From the human T2T-CHM13v2.0 reference genome, Homo sapiens: 64,000 nucleotides of DNA. The stretch is taken from the NCBI RefSeq assembly GCF_009914755.1, contig NC_060947.1; one strand, given 5' to 3'. Below are positions 15,119 through 28,200 of this stretch, in pieces; the stretch's first letter is position 1; every line of letters begins with the position of its first letter. The notes below the pieces were generated by a model. It was not told where the DNA came from. It saw nothing but the letters and a program-made list of their open reading frames with translations, and ran no database searches. The translations under genes were made by a program, and so were the position numbers.

Positions 15119-16949
15119 TATGTAACCCTTGAGAAGTCTCAACAGACATGGTTTCCTATTTATAATTGTGGCCAGCGCTTGAAAAGTCAGGTTGGAGAGG
15201 TTGTCAAAGGAATAAATAAAAGGTAGATTCCTTTCTTCTATTCTCAGGATCATTCTGCTGCATTCATTCATTCACTCTGCTGCACTAAATTATACTGAAC
15301 TTTTAATATCTAATTGATCTAATGTTTTAATACCCTCATGGATCTCATTATTCTTATAATACACTGAGTCTCTGCCATATATTTTAGGCCTTAATCATGC
15401 TATCTTGTTGCTTGAAGTGCAACATTATCTTCTCAACTAGTGCTTCTTATCCTTAGGGGCACAGAACAGGAACCCTTCTCCCGTGTTCGTCACAGACCCC
15501 AGTATCGTGCAGAATATAAATCAGGTTTAAAAATATTGCTTCATTTTCATGCTTAGAACAAATGTATTATAGTTTAAGAACGCCTGTATAGTATGGATTT
15601 ACCATTGATTTGAAACTTAGAGCATTTGAGTTAAAAATGCTTCTTCATAAAAATGTCCTTTAAAAACATAAAGATATATGATTCATCATTTTTCAAAGTT
15701 ATATAAACCCCCAAAGCTTCTATCATCTTCAGCTGGGGCCATGAAACTCCTCACAGCTTAACACACAGAAGCAACATTAAGGTAGCTCTTCACCTTTGTC
15801 TCTTCTGCTCGGCCATCTCGCTTACCTTCCATCCTCTCTGAGGACGGATGAGGTATAGAGAAGAAAGGATAAGGTGTGTCAGCCTGGGGAATAATCCAGA
15901 AAGGAAGGAGATCATATATTAAGTGACAATAGGCCTGGGCATTGGGAGAAATGACTTCGGATATCTTTGAAGTGAGCACACCAAGGGGCACTTCTGTGTG
16001 ATGAGCATAAGCAAAGGATGCACAACCATGGACAAGGAGGTGGAAGGACTACATTGGCAGAAAAAGAAGAGATTTGAAAAGTTTAATTTGTGGTCTGATT
16101 ATATAAAACATTGCTATAGTTACAAAGTCAAATCTATAAAGTAAGAAATACTCTGAAAAGTTTAGCTTCTATCTCTGTCCCTTTACCTTATTCCATACCT
16201 TCAACACAGTAGGGCTTTTAGTTTAAAATAGAGTCTGGCTAGCAGCCTCTGTTGAAACTTCTCTTAACCTGCAGTGAAAACAGCTTTGATGATATGAAAA
16301 AAGACAACTCCAAGCACTGAAAACTAGCCTTAATGTCAATCTGTTTTCAGAATGTGAGAGGAATTTCAACTAAAACAAGGCTGATGGAAAGAGATTTAAA
16401 AACATTGTTGCTGGTCCACCGTGCTAAGCTCCCTTACAAGTCTGTTGGAAGACTCTGTTCCTCTCAATCCTTTATTCAGGAACTCAAAGCTTATACTAAC
16501 CAGAGAGTTGGGCATTTAGCCTTCTACTTGATGGGGCGTCATTCTACCCCTACCACGTCCACCAATTTGAGACTGAAATTTTCAGAAAGTGGATAGGAAG
16601 CTTCCTGGAGTATACTGAGTTCTAAAATGTAAGCTACTCACATATAAAACACCACAGGCAGAAATTGATAAATTAAAGGTCCAAAGGCAGTGCACAAAGG
16701 GAATTGTAGTATTTTTTAAATTATCTCTTAATTCCTCCAAATAATGAGGATAAGAGACTATTTCAGATTAGTTCAATAATCCTGTGTTACAAAATAGTAT
16801 GATAATTGCAGAGAATTGGTTTGTAGACACCAACCAGTCTTCCAGCTATTGTTATGAGAAAGGGATTAGCTAAACAGTGAGGCCAAAGGCACTCACGTAT
16901 CTTACCAATCACAAACATCAGTTCACGATATTCCTTGACTTGTGTGAAG

Positions 16950-17595
16950 ACGAGCAAAACAGAAAAACACAACAGCACGGTATCTATTAAAAACAGAGAA
17001 AGGTATAGCATCTGAAAAACTCAGGAAGGGCAAAGCTCAAATCCTTAAAAGATCAGAAGATACCTTCTTAATGAAATAAGAGTACAGGCAAAAAAAGACA
17101 GTAGAACTATACATAAAGGAGAATGATATAAAAAAGATTACAATTGAAATTAAAAACCATGCAGAATTAAATCCCATTGGAGGCAGTAAAGAGCAAAATT
17201 CACTCTAAATAGTATCAAATTAGTGGAGTGCAGGTCACATTTGGGAAATTCTTACAGAAGGCAGAGAAAAAAGAATAAGAATTTAAACTAGTTTACAATA
17301 TATAGAATAGAGTATGAGGAGTTAAATTTAAGAATGAAAGTCTTTTTTCAGGAAAACAGGGAACTAGAATACAAGCAATAATCAAATTCATGATTAAGAA
17401 AATATCATTAAGAGTAAAATTGCACAAAGCCAATTGAAAGGGCTCATGATACTCCAGGCAAAAATGATTAAAAGACTCTCAACTTTAGACACATGCTGAC
17501 AATATTTTTAAATATTAGGAAAATAGGTTTATAAGTACCCATGTTAGATAGCAGAGATTAACTACAAAAATGACAACATTTAGGCTGGGCTCATA
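16950..17595 (+). mobile_element. HAL1/L1ME ORF1-like relic
   Basis: Strong A-rich strand skew; aattgaaagggctcat..ccaggcaaaa..tagacacat. Confidence 0.45.
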
Positions 17596-17599
17596 TTTT

Positions 17600-17684
17600 C
17601 CCACTGTACCTAATACAATGCCTGGTACTTAGCCAAAACTCAATAAATATTCATTGAATAAATGAATAAAATAATGAATGAATG
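17600..17684 (+). mobile_element. L2 3' end
   Basis: acaatgcctggtac.tag...ctcaataaatattcattgaataaatgaat. Confidence 0.7.
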
Positions 17685-18549
17685 TGTAATGGCAACAGAA
17701 AACAAGACTCAGAAAATAAAAGATCTATGCTCTTCTAAAAGCAAAAAAAAAATTGAAGAATAAACCAGTTTCTTAAGGAATTACCGAAATAAACTCATCA
17801 CATAGGGGAATGTTTTGGTACATGAACCCTGGTAGACTTAACCACGGGACTGTGAGTTATAAAAAGTTAATAACAAGTGTTAAGGACACAGAAGGCACTG
17901 CAGAAGAGAAACATATTGACTTTGAATATTGTCAGTTTACATTCATGGCTACTAGGGAAGAGGGAACTTCAGGAGGGTCTAGAGAACATGATTAATTCCA
18001 AACCAAAATAGAACTCCCATACTAAGAAGATAACTATAAATTATTTGAAAATTTCAGAAAGAAATTCTAAAGGAAGGAGATCACTAAAATATGTGTATAT
18101 ACCCCATATTCCTGTTCTCTTAGGAAATGTTTCCTTTTGTCTTGGAGATATTGGATTTTGAGCATGTTTTTCCAGTACACATTATGGGATGAGTAGGATG
18201 ATTACAAAGGAACTATTAGGAATACTTAGAATAGAAGAGACTGAGGGACTTTTAAGTCCCTTACGTGGCTTGTAAGAACTTGTACAGCTCCTTCGCTGGC
18301 TGTTCACAAGAGGCAAATAAAAATAGCATCACAAGCCTAGAAAGACTTAGTTTGGGAACAGGTAGGTACACGGGACTGACAACTATCATGGGAGTCACAA
18401 CTATAACTTTATTGCAAGAGACATGAGGAAATTCTATACCTCTGCCACCCAGACCTAAGAAAACATGTAGTCTGTTGAAGGTATTGGTCACTCAATCATA
18501 ATCACATCTTAAAACTACACACTCTTATAGGCATAACCTTTTTTTTTTA

Positions 18550-18902
18550 ATCAGTCATCTATTGCCACACTAATGCTACATAACAAATCATCTCAAGACT
18601 CATATGTATATCAAAACATCTTGTTATATACCTTAAATCTATACAATAAAAATAAATAAAAACAGCACAATGGCTTTGAAAAAAAAATTTATTATTTCTC
18701 GGGAATCTATGGGTTGACTGGGTGGTTCTGCTGATCTGATCCAGGCTCAACTGATCTTTGTGTCTTTGGTCAGCTGACAAGTTTGCTACTGTTCCATTAA
18801 ACAAATTAAGTCATATGCCAAGCCTAAAGTCAGGGTGGATAGGCACTACCAAAAGGTACAACTATAGAAAGGTGTGAAATGGGGCCACAATAATCCTACT
18901 AC
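18550..18902 (-). mobile_element. MLT1H-like LTR containing a ~60-bp L1MA/MB 3' tip (18601-18662, +)
   Basis: tcagtcatctattgcca..taatgctacataacaaa; gggttgactgggtggttctgctgatctg; insert atatgtatatcaaaacatc.tgttatataccttaaat..aataaa. Confidence 0.65.
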
Positions 18903-19378
18903 ATTATGGAAATGGACAGAAGGTATTCTTATAGTAAAATCTCCTCCAGAGTTCAATGACAGTAAACTAAAAGCAATTAAACTAGATTATAGCCCACGTG
19001 AACAAATATCCAATGCCTAGATATAAGACTAAAAGGAAGCACAAGAGAATGTTATTATGGTTTTTAGGGACTGACTTTAATTCTTTCGATATTTTCTTGA
19101 GGGTTTTCAAACTTTCTTTCTAGATAAAATATATTTTACAATAATACATTTATTTTCTTGGGTGTATCTATCTTGATGTGGCAAGTGTCATTAACGCTAT
19201 CCTTTTTTTAATCACACAGCTTCTTTTCCCTCAAAACTCCTTATTACTGTCAAATGCTCCAAACACACAGACACACACACATGCCCACATATATATACAC
19301 ACTCTCCTTTCACAACAGTGCCTCTAAAACAGCTATATTTTTCCTAAGGGTTAGCTCGTATTATGGAATAGTTAGAGT

Positions 19379-19556
19379 AAGTGGTTCTCAACCTTGCTTG
19401 CTTATTGGAATCACTTGGACATTTGAAAAAGAACTGATTACTGGGCCCCACCCACAGGGCTTCTGATACAGTAGTCTGAAATGTGGCCTGCACATCAGAA
19501 TTTTAAAAGCCCCCCCAACCCAAATTCTAATATGCAGATAAAGTGAAGAACCACTG
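19379..19556. mobile_element. MER5A1/MER5B DNA transposon
   Basis: Terminal inverted repeats agtggttctcaa...tgaagaaccactg; gggccccaccc. Confidence 0.8.
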
Positions 19557-20139
19557 ATGTAGTGTTTGCCACGACTCCTTGTCATCTGACATTACTATAT
19601 AATTGGCAATTTGTTCATCTGTTAAGACTGGTGGGGGTGATGGTTGGTGGAGAGAGAGAACACAGAGGTGAATTTTTCACACAAGCAGTATGAAATGTTT
19701 TCATAAGGTATTTTAAAGTGAGAGTCCTTTTAAAAATATTCTATTATCATAAAGACTTACGCTAGAAAATGATGACAATGCAATCAATGAAGTGAACACA
19801 AATCAACCCTTATAGTTAGCTTTCTAAGCCAAACATAACCACAAGATTAAGAAAACTTTTGAGAAGCTAAGAGATACATGAAAAGGTATGAATTAAAACT
19901 TTTATAAATTTAAGATTTTACTGAAGACAAGACCTACAATGGAGAGTAGATTATCAACATCTCGAAGACAGACAGACAATGTATTCATGATATAATAGAT
20001 CAGTGAGTTGCTGTTAGATGAGTAAGATTTAGTGAGCTACCAACTGGGCATAAGGTAATTGACTCATTCTATAGCTCGCAAATACTCAGAATCCCATGAG
20101 TATCTAGGAAATGTTTTCAAATAACTAAAGAATATTTTG

Positions 20140-20371
20140 TTCTCATTCATAAGTGGGAGTTGAACAATGAGAACACATGGACATAGGGAGGGGAACATCA
20201 CACACTGGGGCCTATCAGGGGGTAAGGGGCAAGGGGAGGGATAGCATCAGGAGAAATACCCAATGTAGATGATGGGTTGATGGGTGCAGCAAACCACCAT
20301 GGCACATATATACCTATGTAACAAACCTGCATGTTCTGCACATGTATCTCAGAACATAAAGTATAAAAAAA
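20140..20371 (+). mobile_element. 5'-truncated L1PA7-like 3' end
   Basis: Closely matches 11711-11940; TSD aatattttg at 20131-20139 and 20372-20380. Confidence 0.92.
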
Positions 20372-20510
20372 AATATTTTGAATCAACATTCTAAAATATT
20401 TATCTTTTAAAACTGAAGACCAAAGGAGGGTATTTAGAAGGGATTAGGGTCATATCATGCTGGTATAGGATTCAGGTTAGTTGATCTACCATCATTAAAG
20501 GTATTCTAAC

Positions 20511-20632
20511 TAGGGTAACCATATGGCTGGCTTTCTTAAGAGTCCCTGTTTATACCTGTTGTAAATCAATCCATGCCTGTTACTTATATTTAGTTCTGTA
20601 TTTCATTTTCAAAAGTGTTAGTTCAGTTTGAA
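20511..20632. mobile_element. MER94-like hAT-Blackjack relic
   Basis: tagggtaaccata..gtccctgtttatacctgttgt...tcaaaagtgt. Confidence 0.5.
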
Positions 20633-22439
20633 CTAACTAGAATTCATATTTAAATAATATATTAAAATTTCTCCAAATGTAATTTAATTTCACACAATTT
20701 GCAGCAGGATCTTAGGTTTGGTTATAAATCCCACTGGCTAGATTTGTAGTCTTATTTATAAGCCAATATGTTATATTACACACACCAGCGTATATTTGGA
20801 ATGTCTCTTCAGCTTTTCAAAGAGCATTTATATCTAGCATCTAATTTTGCCTTTGTTAACGTCACAAGAATCATATGAGATTGTGGTGTAGATGTATAGG
20901 TTTTCATGGGACTTTTACTTCATAGGGACAAATCTGTAAAGCACAGTCTCGATAATTTGGTTATTTTCTTCCAGAAACCAGAAGGCAGTGTTGTCTATGT
21001 CAAACATTACATTAACCTATTCAACCATAGGGTAGGTTACTCTGATTTAGGTGGTATCTCCTTCCTCCTTGCTGAGCCATTTGGAAAGCTGCTACCAGGT
21101 GGAAAATTGCTCTGTTTAGAGCAATTAAGACATTTCATGTGCGCCTATTTAAAAGGCAGAAGCTTTAGAGCATATATGTCTGCCAGTTATTATCTATAAA
21201 ATGTCTTAAGGACTATTTCAGAGAGAAGGGAAGCCCAGCAGCTGTTTCTGAGCTTCCTGCTAAGATTGCATCTGAGACTGCAATTTTATCTGTTTATAGG
21301 TTTGGTTTTCTTGCAGGCTTTTACTGAGAGAAATATTTGAAAACAAGAAATATCGTCCAAACTGTTCATTTCACAGGTAAGAAAATGAATTCAGAAAGCT
21401 TGCATGCCTTTCAAAGAGTAATTAAATATTGTTTTTCAGGTTTCAGCCCACAGCAAACCCACTAGAAAAACAATTCCTCAGCATGCCAAATGTTAAATGT
21501 TGTCCTTAATTAACTTATTCTGAAATGTTTTCTGGGCAGTACTTTCTCAAACTTTGGTTATAAAATAATCATCTCTCCACCTGTACTGGGATGATTGTAT
21601 CATAAGACAGAGATGCCACTTTCGCCTATCTGGCTCCAATTATGCAAAACAGCATTTCCTTTAATTCTGTTTATCTTTGTGGGAAGAACAGAGGTCAACC
21701 AAATGCAAGATCTTCCTTTTATTTCCCATTTTCTTATTTCCTTTACTTGGGAAAAATCTGTAAGGAAACATGGCCCTGTGTAGTGTCTTTGGCTATTTTG
21801 ACTTCCAGTAGGAAAAAGTGTTATCAGTTACCATGACAACCACATTTTCCCAGAGCTCCCTGCTGCAACTCATTTGCACTAAACAAGAACAAATCATTAT
21901 TATTCAATGAAGGCTCTGATAAAGTTCTTTTCTTTTTGGTCGTTTTCAATACTCCTTGAAACCCTTCTTTCTAGAAAGCGAAATGGCTCTCTAGGGAGAA
22001 TACATTGAGTTTTTCTAAGAGAATGTCACCTTTACCACCTATTTACCAAGCAAGCATAGTGCATGAGTACAGACCATGATATGTGACCTTCTGAGCACTT
22101 GTCAGAGATTTCTACTATGAGTAGACTTCGACTTAACTAAAAGTTCAAAAGATGTTTCTGATATTTCACAACTTACCTTTCTTCAAATTCTCATTTCTCC
22201 GCATGTATTGAAAGATGACTAGCATCATCAAATTTTTCTCATTCAAAATTAACTTTTCAAAGTGGCTTACACAATAAGAGCTTTTAAACTTCATGATATC
22301 AATAAGATCAGACATGGAGTAAGTTTCAGATGGGGCCTGACCTAAAACATTCAATTACTTTACTTTTTTCTGCCTTCTCCTGTATCTACTTCCTCCTAAA
22401 TTTAGTTTTCCTTATCCACACACAATGTCAGCCTATGGC

Positions 22440-22720
22440 TTCTAGGAATTCCACGCTTTCTTGTTTGTGTCTGGCATAAAATAAATATATCTCATGTAGC
22501 TTCCAGAAAAATCTCTCCTCATACTTCTTGTGTTGAATTGGGTCCTGTGCCCTAACCCTGGATCAAGTATTATGACCAGAAGGATAGAATATGCTGACTG
22601 ATTTGAGGGCCTACTCCTTGGAGTACTGGTGTGGTGAGGGGGTACAGGTGGAAGGATGGGGAGGTTTCCCATGAAGCACATGGAAGAGAGGAATAGATAT
22701 CTGAATAAATTAGGCAACTT
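22440..22720 (-). mobile_element. Old MLT1-type LTR fragment
   Basis: gaattgggtcctgtgccc.aaccctgga..aa..attatgaccagaaggatagaatatgctgactg. Confidence 0.5.
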
Positions 22721-22834
22721 TTACCAATATGAACAAGTTGGCACTCAGTGTCTCAGAATAGCAAATATTCTCTACAACCACAGAGCAGATATTCTAGAGT
22801 ATTCTACAGTTCCTAAGCCCCTCCACAACAACAG

Positions 22835-22868
<34 letters not shown>

Positions 22869-22900
22869 ACATACATGCAAACACACACACGCACACCGAC
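22835..22900. repeat. Compound (TC)n/(CA)n microsatellite
   Basis: Seen directly. Confidence 0.9.
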
Positions 22901-23037
22901 ACAATGCCTTCACTAAATCATGAGTTAAATTGTTGCCTTGGATCTTTATACCTATGATATTAATAAAAGAAATCTTTTGAGAGAAGATTGAAATGCCTGT
23001 TACAATCATTGATATAGAAGATTAGAATCTTCTATAT

Positions 23038-23247
23038 CAGAGGCTGGCAAACTATAATATTTTAGGCTTCGTGGGCCATACAGTTTCTGTCCCAACTACT
23101 CAACTCCACCACTGTAGCAAAAAGTTGGCCATAGATAAGAAGTAATCAAATGGACATGGCTGTGTTCCAATACAACTTTATTTACAGAACCAGGTATGGG
23201 ATGGGTTTGGCCCATGGGCCCATTAGACCCCAGGTTGCTGATCCTTG
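23038..23247. mobile_element. MER58A hAT-Charlie element
   Basis: cagaggctggcaaact...aatattttaggctt.gtgggccatacagt..ctactcaactc...ggctgtgttccaata.aactttatttac; 8-bp flanks ttctatat/ctctgtat. Confidence 0.85.
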
Positions 23248-26065
23248 CTCTGTATAATAAATTAAAATGAAGTGAAAGGAACTTGTACATTTATTTTTAA
23301 CTGGTAGAGAAAACTCTAACTCATCTTGTTTTGCTCTTTTTTATGCTACCAGGAAGCTCAGAGCTAAATTTACTGTTCCCCTTAATAAGTACTGCTTCTC
23401 ATTCTCTTTGGTATACGAATATCTTTCTTTCTATATGGTCTCATATCTCTGCTTTTATACTGTAAAACTTTCTTAACTCTGTGTCCTTTCTAATATTGTG
23501 AAGTCTTCATGTTTGACATAGATGAAGGGCAAATTGTATTTACAACTTTCAGTGCTCTTTCTCTCTCTCTCCACCACACACACACAAGCACACACATACG
23601 CCACGGGGTCTCAATCTCCTTCAAACCCGTTATACAAACAGACAAACTGAGACCCAGGTATCACCATAATCATGAAGCAAAGAAGTGCTAGTCCCTTGAC
23701 TATCATCTTGATCTCTTGTGTCTGAACTCAGCTTATTCTAGAAATATAATAACAGAAATAGCAATACAAAGGAACAAATATTTTCTAGAACTGTCACATT
23801 GCCACAGTGCAAATTGTTCCTAGTTTTACCTTAGATAACATACCACTAGACCTCTCTTTCTCTCTTCTTTCAACCTCTCTCTCCCTCTGTCTGTCCCTCT
23901 CTCCCTCTCTCAACCTCTGCTGCCTATTTTCCTCTTCCTGCTGTTGTCTCACAGCCTGAACTCTTACAGGCTCATCTTAAATCTTGGTTTTAACCTGAGT
24001 TTTTAAAGTCCCTTTGTCTCCCTGCTTCTTCTCCTTCAATTATATATGGATACTGTGGCTTTCTTGACTTTGTTGCTGCCCTCATAGGATTATTGTTTCT
24101 GTGTCCGTTCCAAGAATCCTCCCTAGTCTATGCTCCCACTTTCATTCCTGACTTGCTGTAATCCCTCAAATGTTCTTGAATATAGTTTCATTTCTGGTCT
24201 TTGGCTTTAATCTGTGGCTGTCAACATCATCTTTTCTCCTGTTCTTTTCTACAGCAGCTCCAGTCCAGGGGGCATATTTTTAATAGCCCTAGGCTAAAGA
24301 ACCATCACAAGCAACTCTCAAAATTGGCCCTTAGTTGCCTTAGAAGGTAAAATGCAAGGAAGAGAGAAAACAACTAACAGAAGAGTAAACCAAACAAATG
24401 CAGTCATGTTAGTGTGCATAGAGTTTAGTTTCATTAGCCTCTGCTCACCACCATGTCAGATGGAAACTGTGCATAAACCTCCCCAGAAAGGAACTGCAAG
24501 CCTATAACACACCAGGCATTAACGTGCAGCTAGAACAGATTTAATGGAGAAACACATCATCTTCTCCCTATACTAGGCTCGATGAAATTATCCAAAAAAT
24601 AATTACAGAGAAAACAATGCACTTTAATTTATCCTTGGATATTATTATTGGAATGTTCTTCAACTCTATGATTTGGACTTCCTCACTAGAGATATTTTAT
24701 TTTGGTTTTAAAAATAACTGGAGTCAAATATTTCTTTTTAATTCCAAAATTTTCCAAAAGACTAAGCTTTTTCAAGTACAAATTTCATTAGGGACCAAAC
24801 AAGAAACCGAGCACATATTTCACTGAAATTTTCTCCTTCCCACTGAGACTAAGAAAATAAATTAGGTTAAAAACAAACACTTAGAAAAACAAGTAGCTGG
24901 GAAGATGTACTCTGAAGCTTTGCTCAAAAAGTTGAGGCAGAGGTTTGTCAATATCCGGTTAGCGTTATTAAAATTGAACAGCCTTGGATACCTACATGCA
25001 TGAAATACTATGTGCTTAGGGCATCAGGAAAGCAAGACCTTATGAAAATATTTATTTAAAAGTTATGAATTATATTTCAAAGCAAGCATTAGAATACTCA
25101 TCATCACAGAAAAATCAGAGTTTTCTATCATTTGGTACTGTTTTTATTTGATGTTATTTATCAGCATATGGGGGCCATAAACTTTTAGGGATAGGGTCTC
25201 TACCAGTCCTATTCTGACCCAGCCCACACAGATGCACACATACACACACACCACACCTGAGCTAAGTAATTTTTGACTCGTAAGAATTTAAAATTAAAAG
25301 CCATCCAATTAAAAGAATCACATTTCAAAATTTTCTAGTCCAATTACAATGTAACTCAATTAAAAAATAAACACAGTTCTTTGGGAATACTTCTATTACA
25401 TGAAGAAACAAACAGTGATATTATAGTTTGCTTTATTAATAACTTTAATCCTATTGAGTATTTGACATCACATTTTCAAACTGCTTGTAAGTTTTTCTTT
25501 CTCTTTAGAAAATAAAGCCATGAGATGAGTCAGGTTTATGACTAGCTATTTTGAGAAGAGGGATGGACATTTCAAAGAGGTGAACCAACTAAAATTCACA
25601 CTCGTAGAACCATGACGAAACCAAGATTACAAAGCATTTCTGAGATCTTTATCCATGGAACCTAAAACCCATTCTAAGATACATTTAAAGAATCGTCATA
25701 TTACCTATATGCATAAAAATAATGAATTTCTGATATTAGATGTGCAATCAAAAAAGAGAATCTCTCAAGATACTATTTTGGAAGTGTATGAAATGAAAAT
25801 CCAAGTAGCTTTATGTTATCATGACATTAAAAACTTCCTCTACTTTCTATATTGTAAAATTTTCTGTCTTTAAAGATTTCTCAAAAGAGAATAGAAAATC
25901 CAGTGGTCCAGGACAAGTTACCACAATTAATTTTTAAACCTGGTTCACCCATAGTAAGAAATGTGGTAAATTACTAAAATCAGTTATACTAACACATTAA
26001 GATTATTATTACTGTGATAGTGATTTATATTTTATCACGGGGAGAAGAACTTCAAGAATAGCCAT

Positions 26066-26824
26066 CTGAAGGGTTTTTACTCACAGCACTTCTGATACCA
26101 AATGTGTGGGGTTTTTTTCACACCAACAACCAGTTATGCAACAATTCAGACACCAACTGCATGTCCTAGAATTCAACTCAATTTTGGCACAAACTACCTA
26201 GAGTTAGCACAGGCCCTACAGGTTGAGGGCTCAGTCCCAAGACTGCCCCCACTTCAGATGCAAGTCACAAGTACCAGGTTGCCATCTGCACTTCTGACCC
26301 ATCAGCTATAAACTGGGGATTCCCATGATCCCCTCCAATGTTTGATAATTTGCTAGAACAACTCACAGAACTCAGGAAGGTACTTTACCTACTGTTACTG
26401 GCTTATTATAAAAGATACAACTCAGGAACAGCCAAATGAAAGATATGTATATGGCAAAGTATAAGGGGTGGAGGAGCTTCCATGCCCTTTCCAGGTGAAC
26501 TACCTTCTCAGCACCTCCATGTGTTTGCCAATCAAGAAGCTCTCCGAACCCCATTCTTTAGGGGTTTTATAAAGGTTTCATTATGTAGGCATGATTGACT
26601 GGCCATTGGCAAATGTTGGAGGCTAAGGCTGAAAGTTCCAACCTTCTGATCATGCTTTGGCCTTTCTGGCAACCAGCCCCCATCCTGAAGCTATCTATGG
26701 CCCACCAAGAATGGCATCTCTGAAACAAAAGATGCTCCTATCACCCAGAAAATTCCAAGCAGTTAGGAATCCCCTGTCAAGGAATCAGGGACAAAGACCA
26801 AATATATGATTTTTATTATATCAC
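26066..26824 (-). mobile_element. MER21 (B/C) ERVL LTR
   Basis: cacttctgataccaaatgtgtggggtt, gggctcagtccc.aagactgcccc, ctcacagaactcaggaa, gggacaaagaccaaatat...tatcaca. Confidence 0.8.
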
Positions 26825-28084
26825 ACCCTCTGATTAACTTTGAAAACATAATTAAGAATTTTGTTTCCTTTTTTAGTTTGATACATGATGATAATAGAGT
26901 CAGAAGCAACATTTATTTTAATGAGTATTTTGATAAAATAATGGATCCACGGAAGTGGAGAGGTCTGACAAATTATGGATCACAGTGTTCAATATCTCAT
27001 GGCTATATGAGAGTTACAATAATTTCAGATGCATTTACATTTCTTGTACATATACTAAAACCATAAATTATGGATGAGATGCTGAGAGAATCATAAAAAA
27101 CCCATGGTACATTCAATCCAACTTTTTCTCTCTGACAACAGTACTAAGGCATGTGTATTCTTTAAACAAACACCTCAAATATTTACTCATATAATCTCAA
27201 ATATCTCCATTTATTTCTATTTCCTGCAATAGAATATAAATTCTCCTGACAACAGTTATATATTCCAAAGCCTGCTCTCTATTATTTTTTAAACCCCTTG
27301 AAATGTTTCCTTTCATCAAGTTTAAAATGAAAACAGCGGGGCAGGGAAGTGTTACCTTGCATTGGACTCCCTGTTTCCTGGTGGAGGTCTTTTTCTCCAT
27401 GTGAAAAATATTCCCCTTCTCTTTTTCTTCTCTCTCACTAAAATAACTCTCCCGACTCCATTTCCCTGTTAATAGGATGTTCCTATAATTGAAAAGAGGA
27501 ATGACTAAGCTTAGTGATCCAGGAGCTGCCAGCTGGTTCTCAAAGGGTAGAACTATCAAGGGAAAGAAAGGAGCAACATCCCTCCCTTTAACATTCTCCT
27601 CTACAATTTAAGTGCTTCCTCTTTTTAATTTCCCTGCCCAGATGAAATACTAGATTTTACTCCATGTTCTGCTTCTGTTGCCTGGTGCTTTTACTTCAGC
27701 TGGGGTCAAAGAGACGAAGGCCTGGGCTATTAATCTAGCACAGGGAGCCAGCAAGTCCCCTCTCTAATGATGATGTATAATAACTGTGAGTTAAGAGGAA
27801 ATCTTCTGCTTTGCACTCTATTAACTACACTTCATTTTTTATACTTACCAAACTTAGTCCAACTTAGAAAATTATCAGTATTTTTCCCTCCTATTATCTT
27901 CTTTTTCTTTGAACTAATGGGGAAGCCACTTAAATTAATTAACTTTTGGAAATTGGCTTAGAATATGTCCAGTTGCTCTAAGCCTAGTTTCAGTTCAATT
28001 CTATCTTCAAATGCATGATTATTTGTAAGGCACAGGCATGTGGACCTGATGGAAATTAATAGTGTTGAGCATTATTCTAGAAGT

Positions 28085-28200
28085 CCACCAGTCTATAAAC
28101 TCCATGAAGAGAGAGACCATCCCTGTCTTATTTGCTGTTATATTCTTAGGGTCTAGTACTGTTCAGGCACTTGATAAATAACTGTTGAGTGAATAAATAG
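28085..28200 (+). mobile_element. L2 3' end
   Basis: ctataaactccatgaaga.agagacc..tgtctt...aataactgttgagtgaataaat. Confidence 0.7.

Noticed and set aside
18245-18260. Short palindromes (agggact-tt-aagtccct region; also tagataattatcta near 51095)
   Set aside because: 7-8-bp arms are expected by chance in AT-rich sequence of this length.
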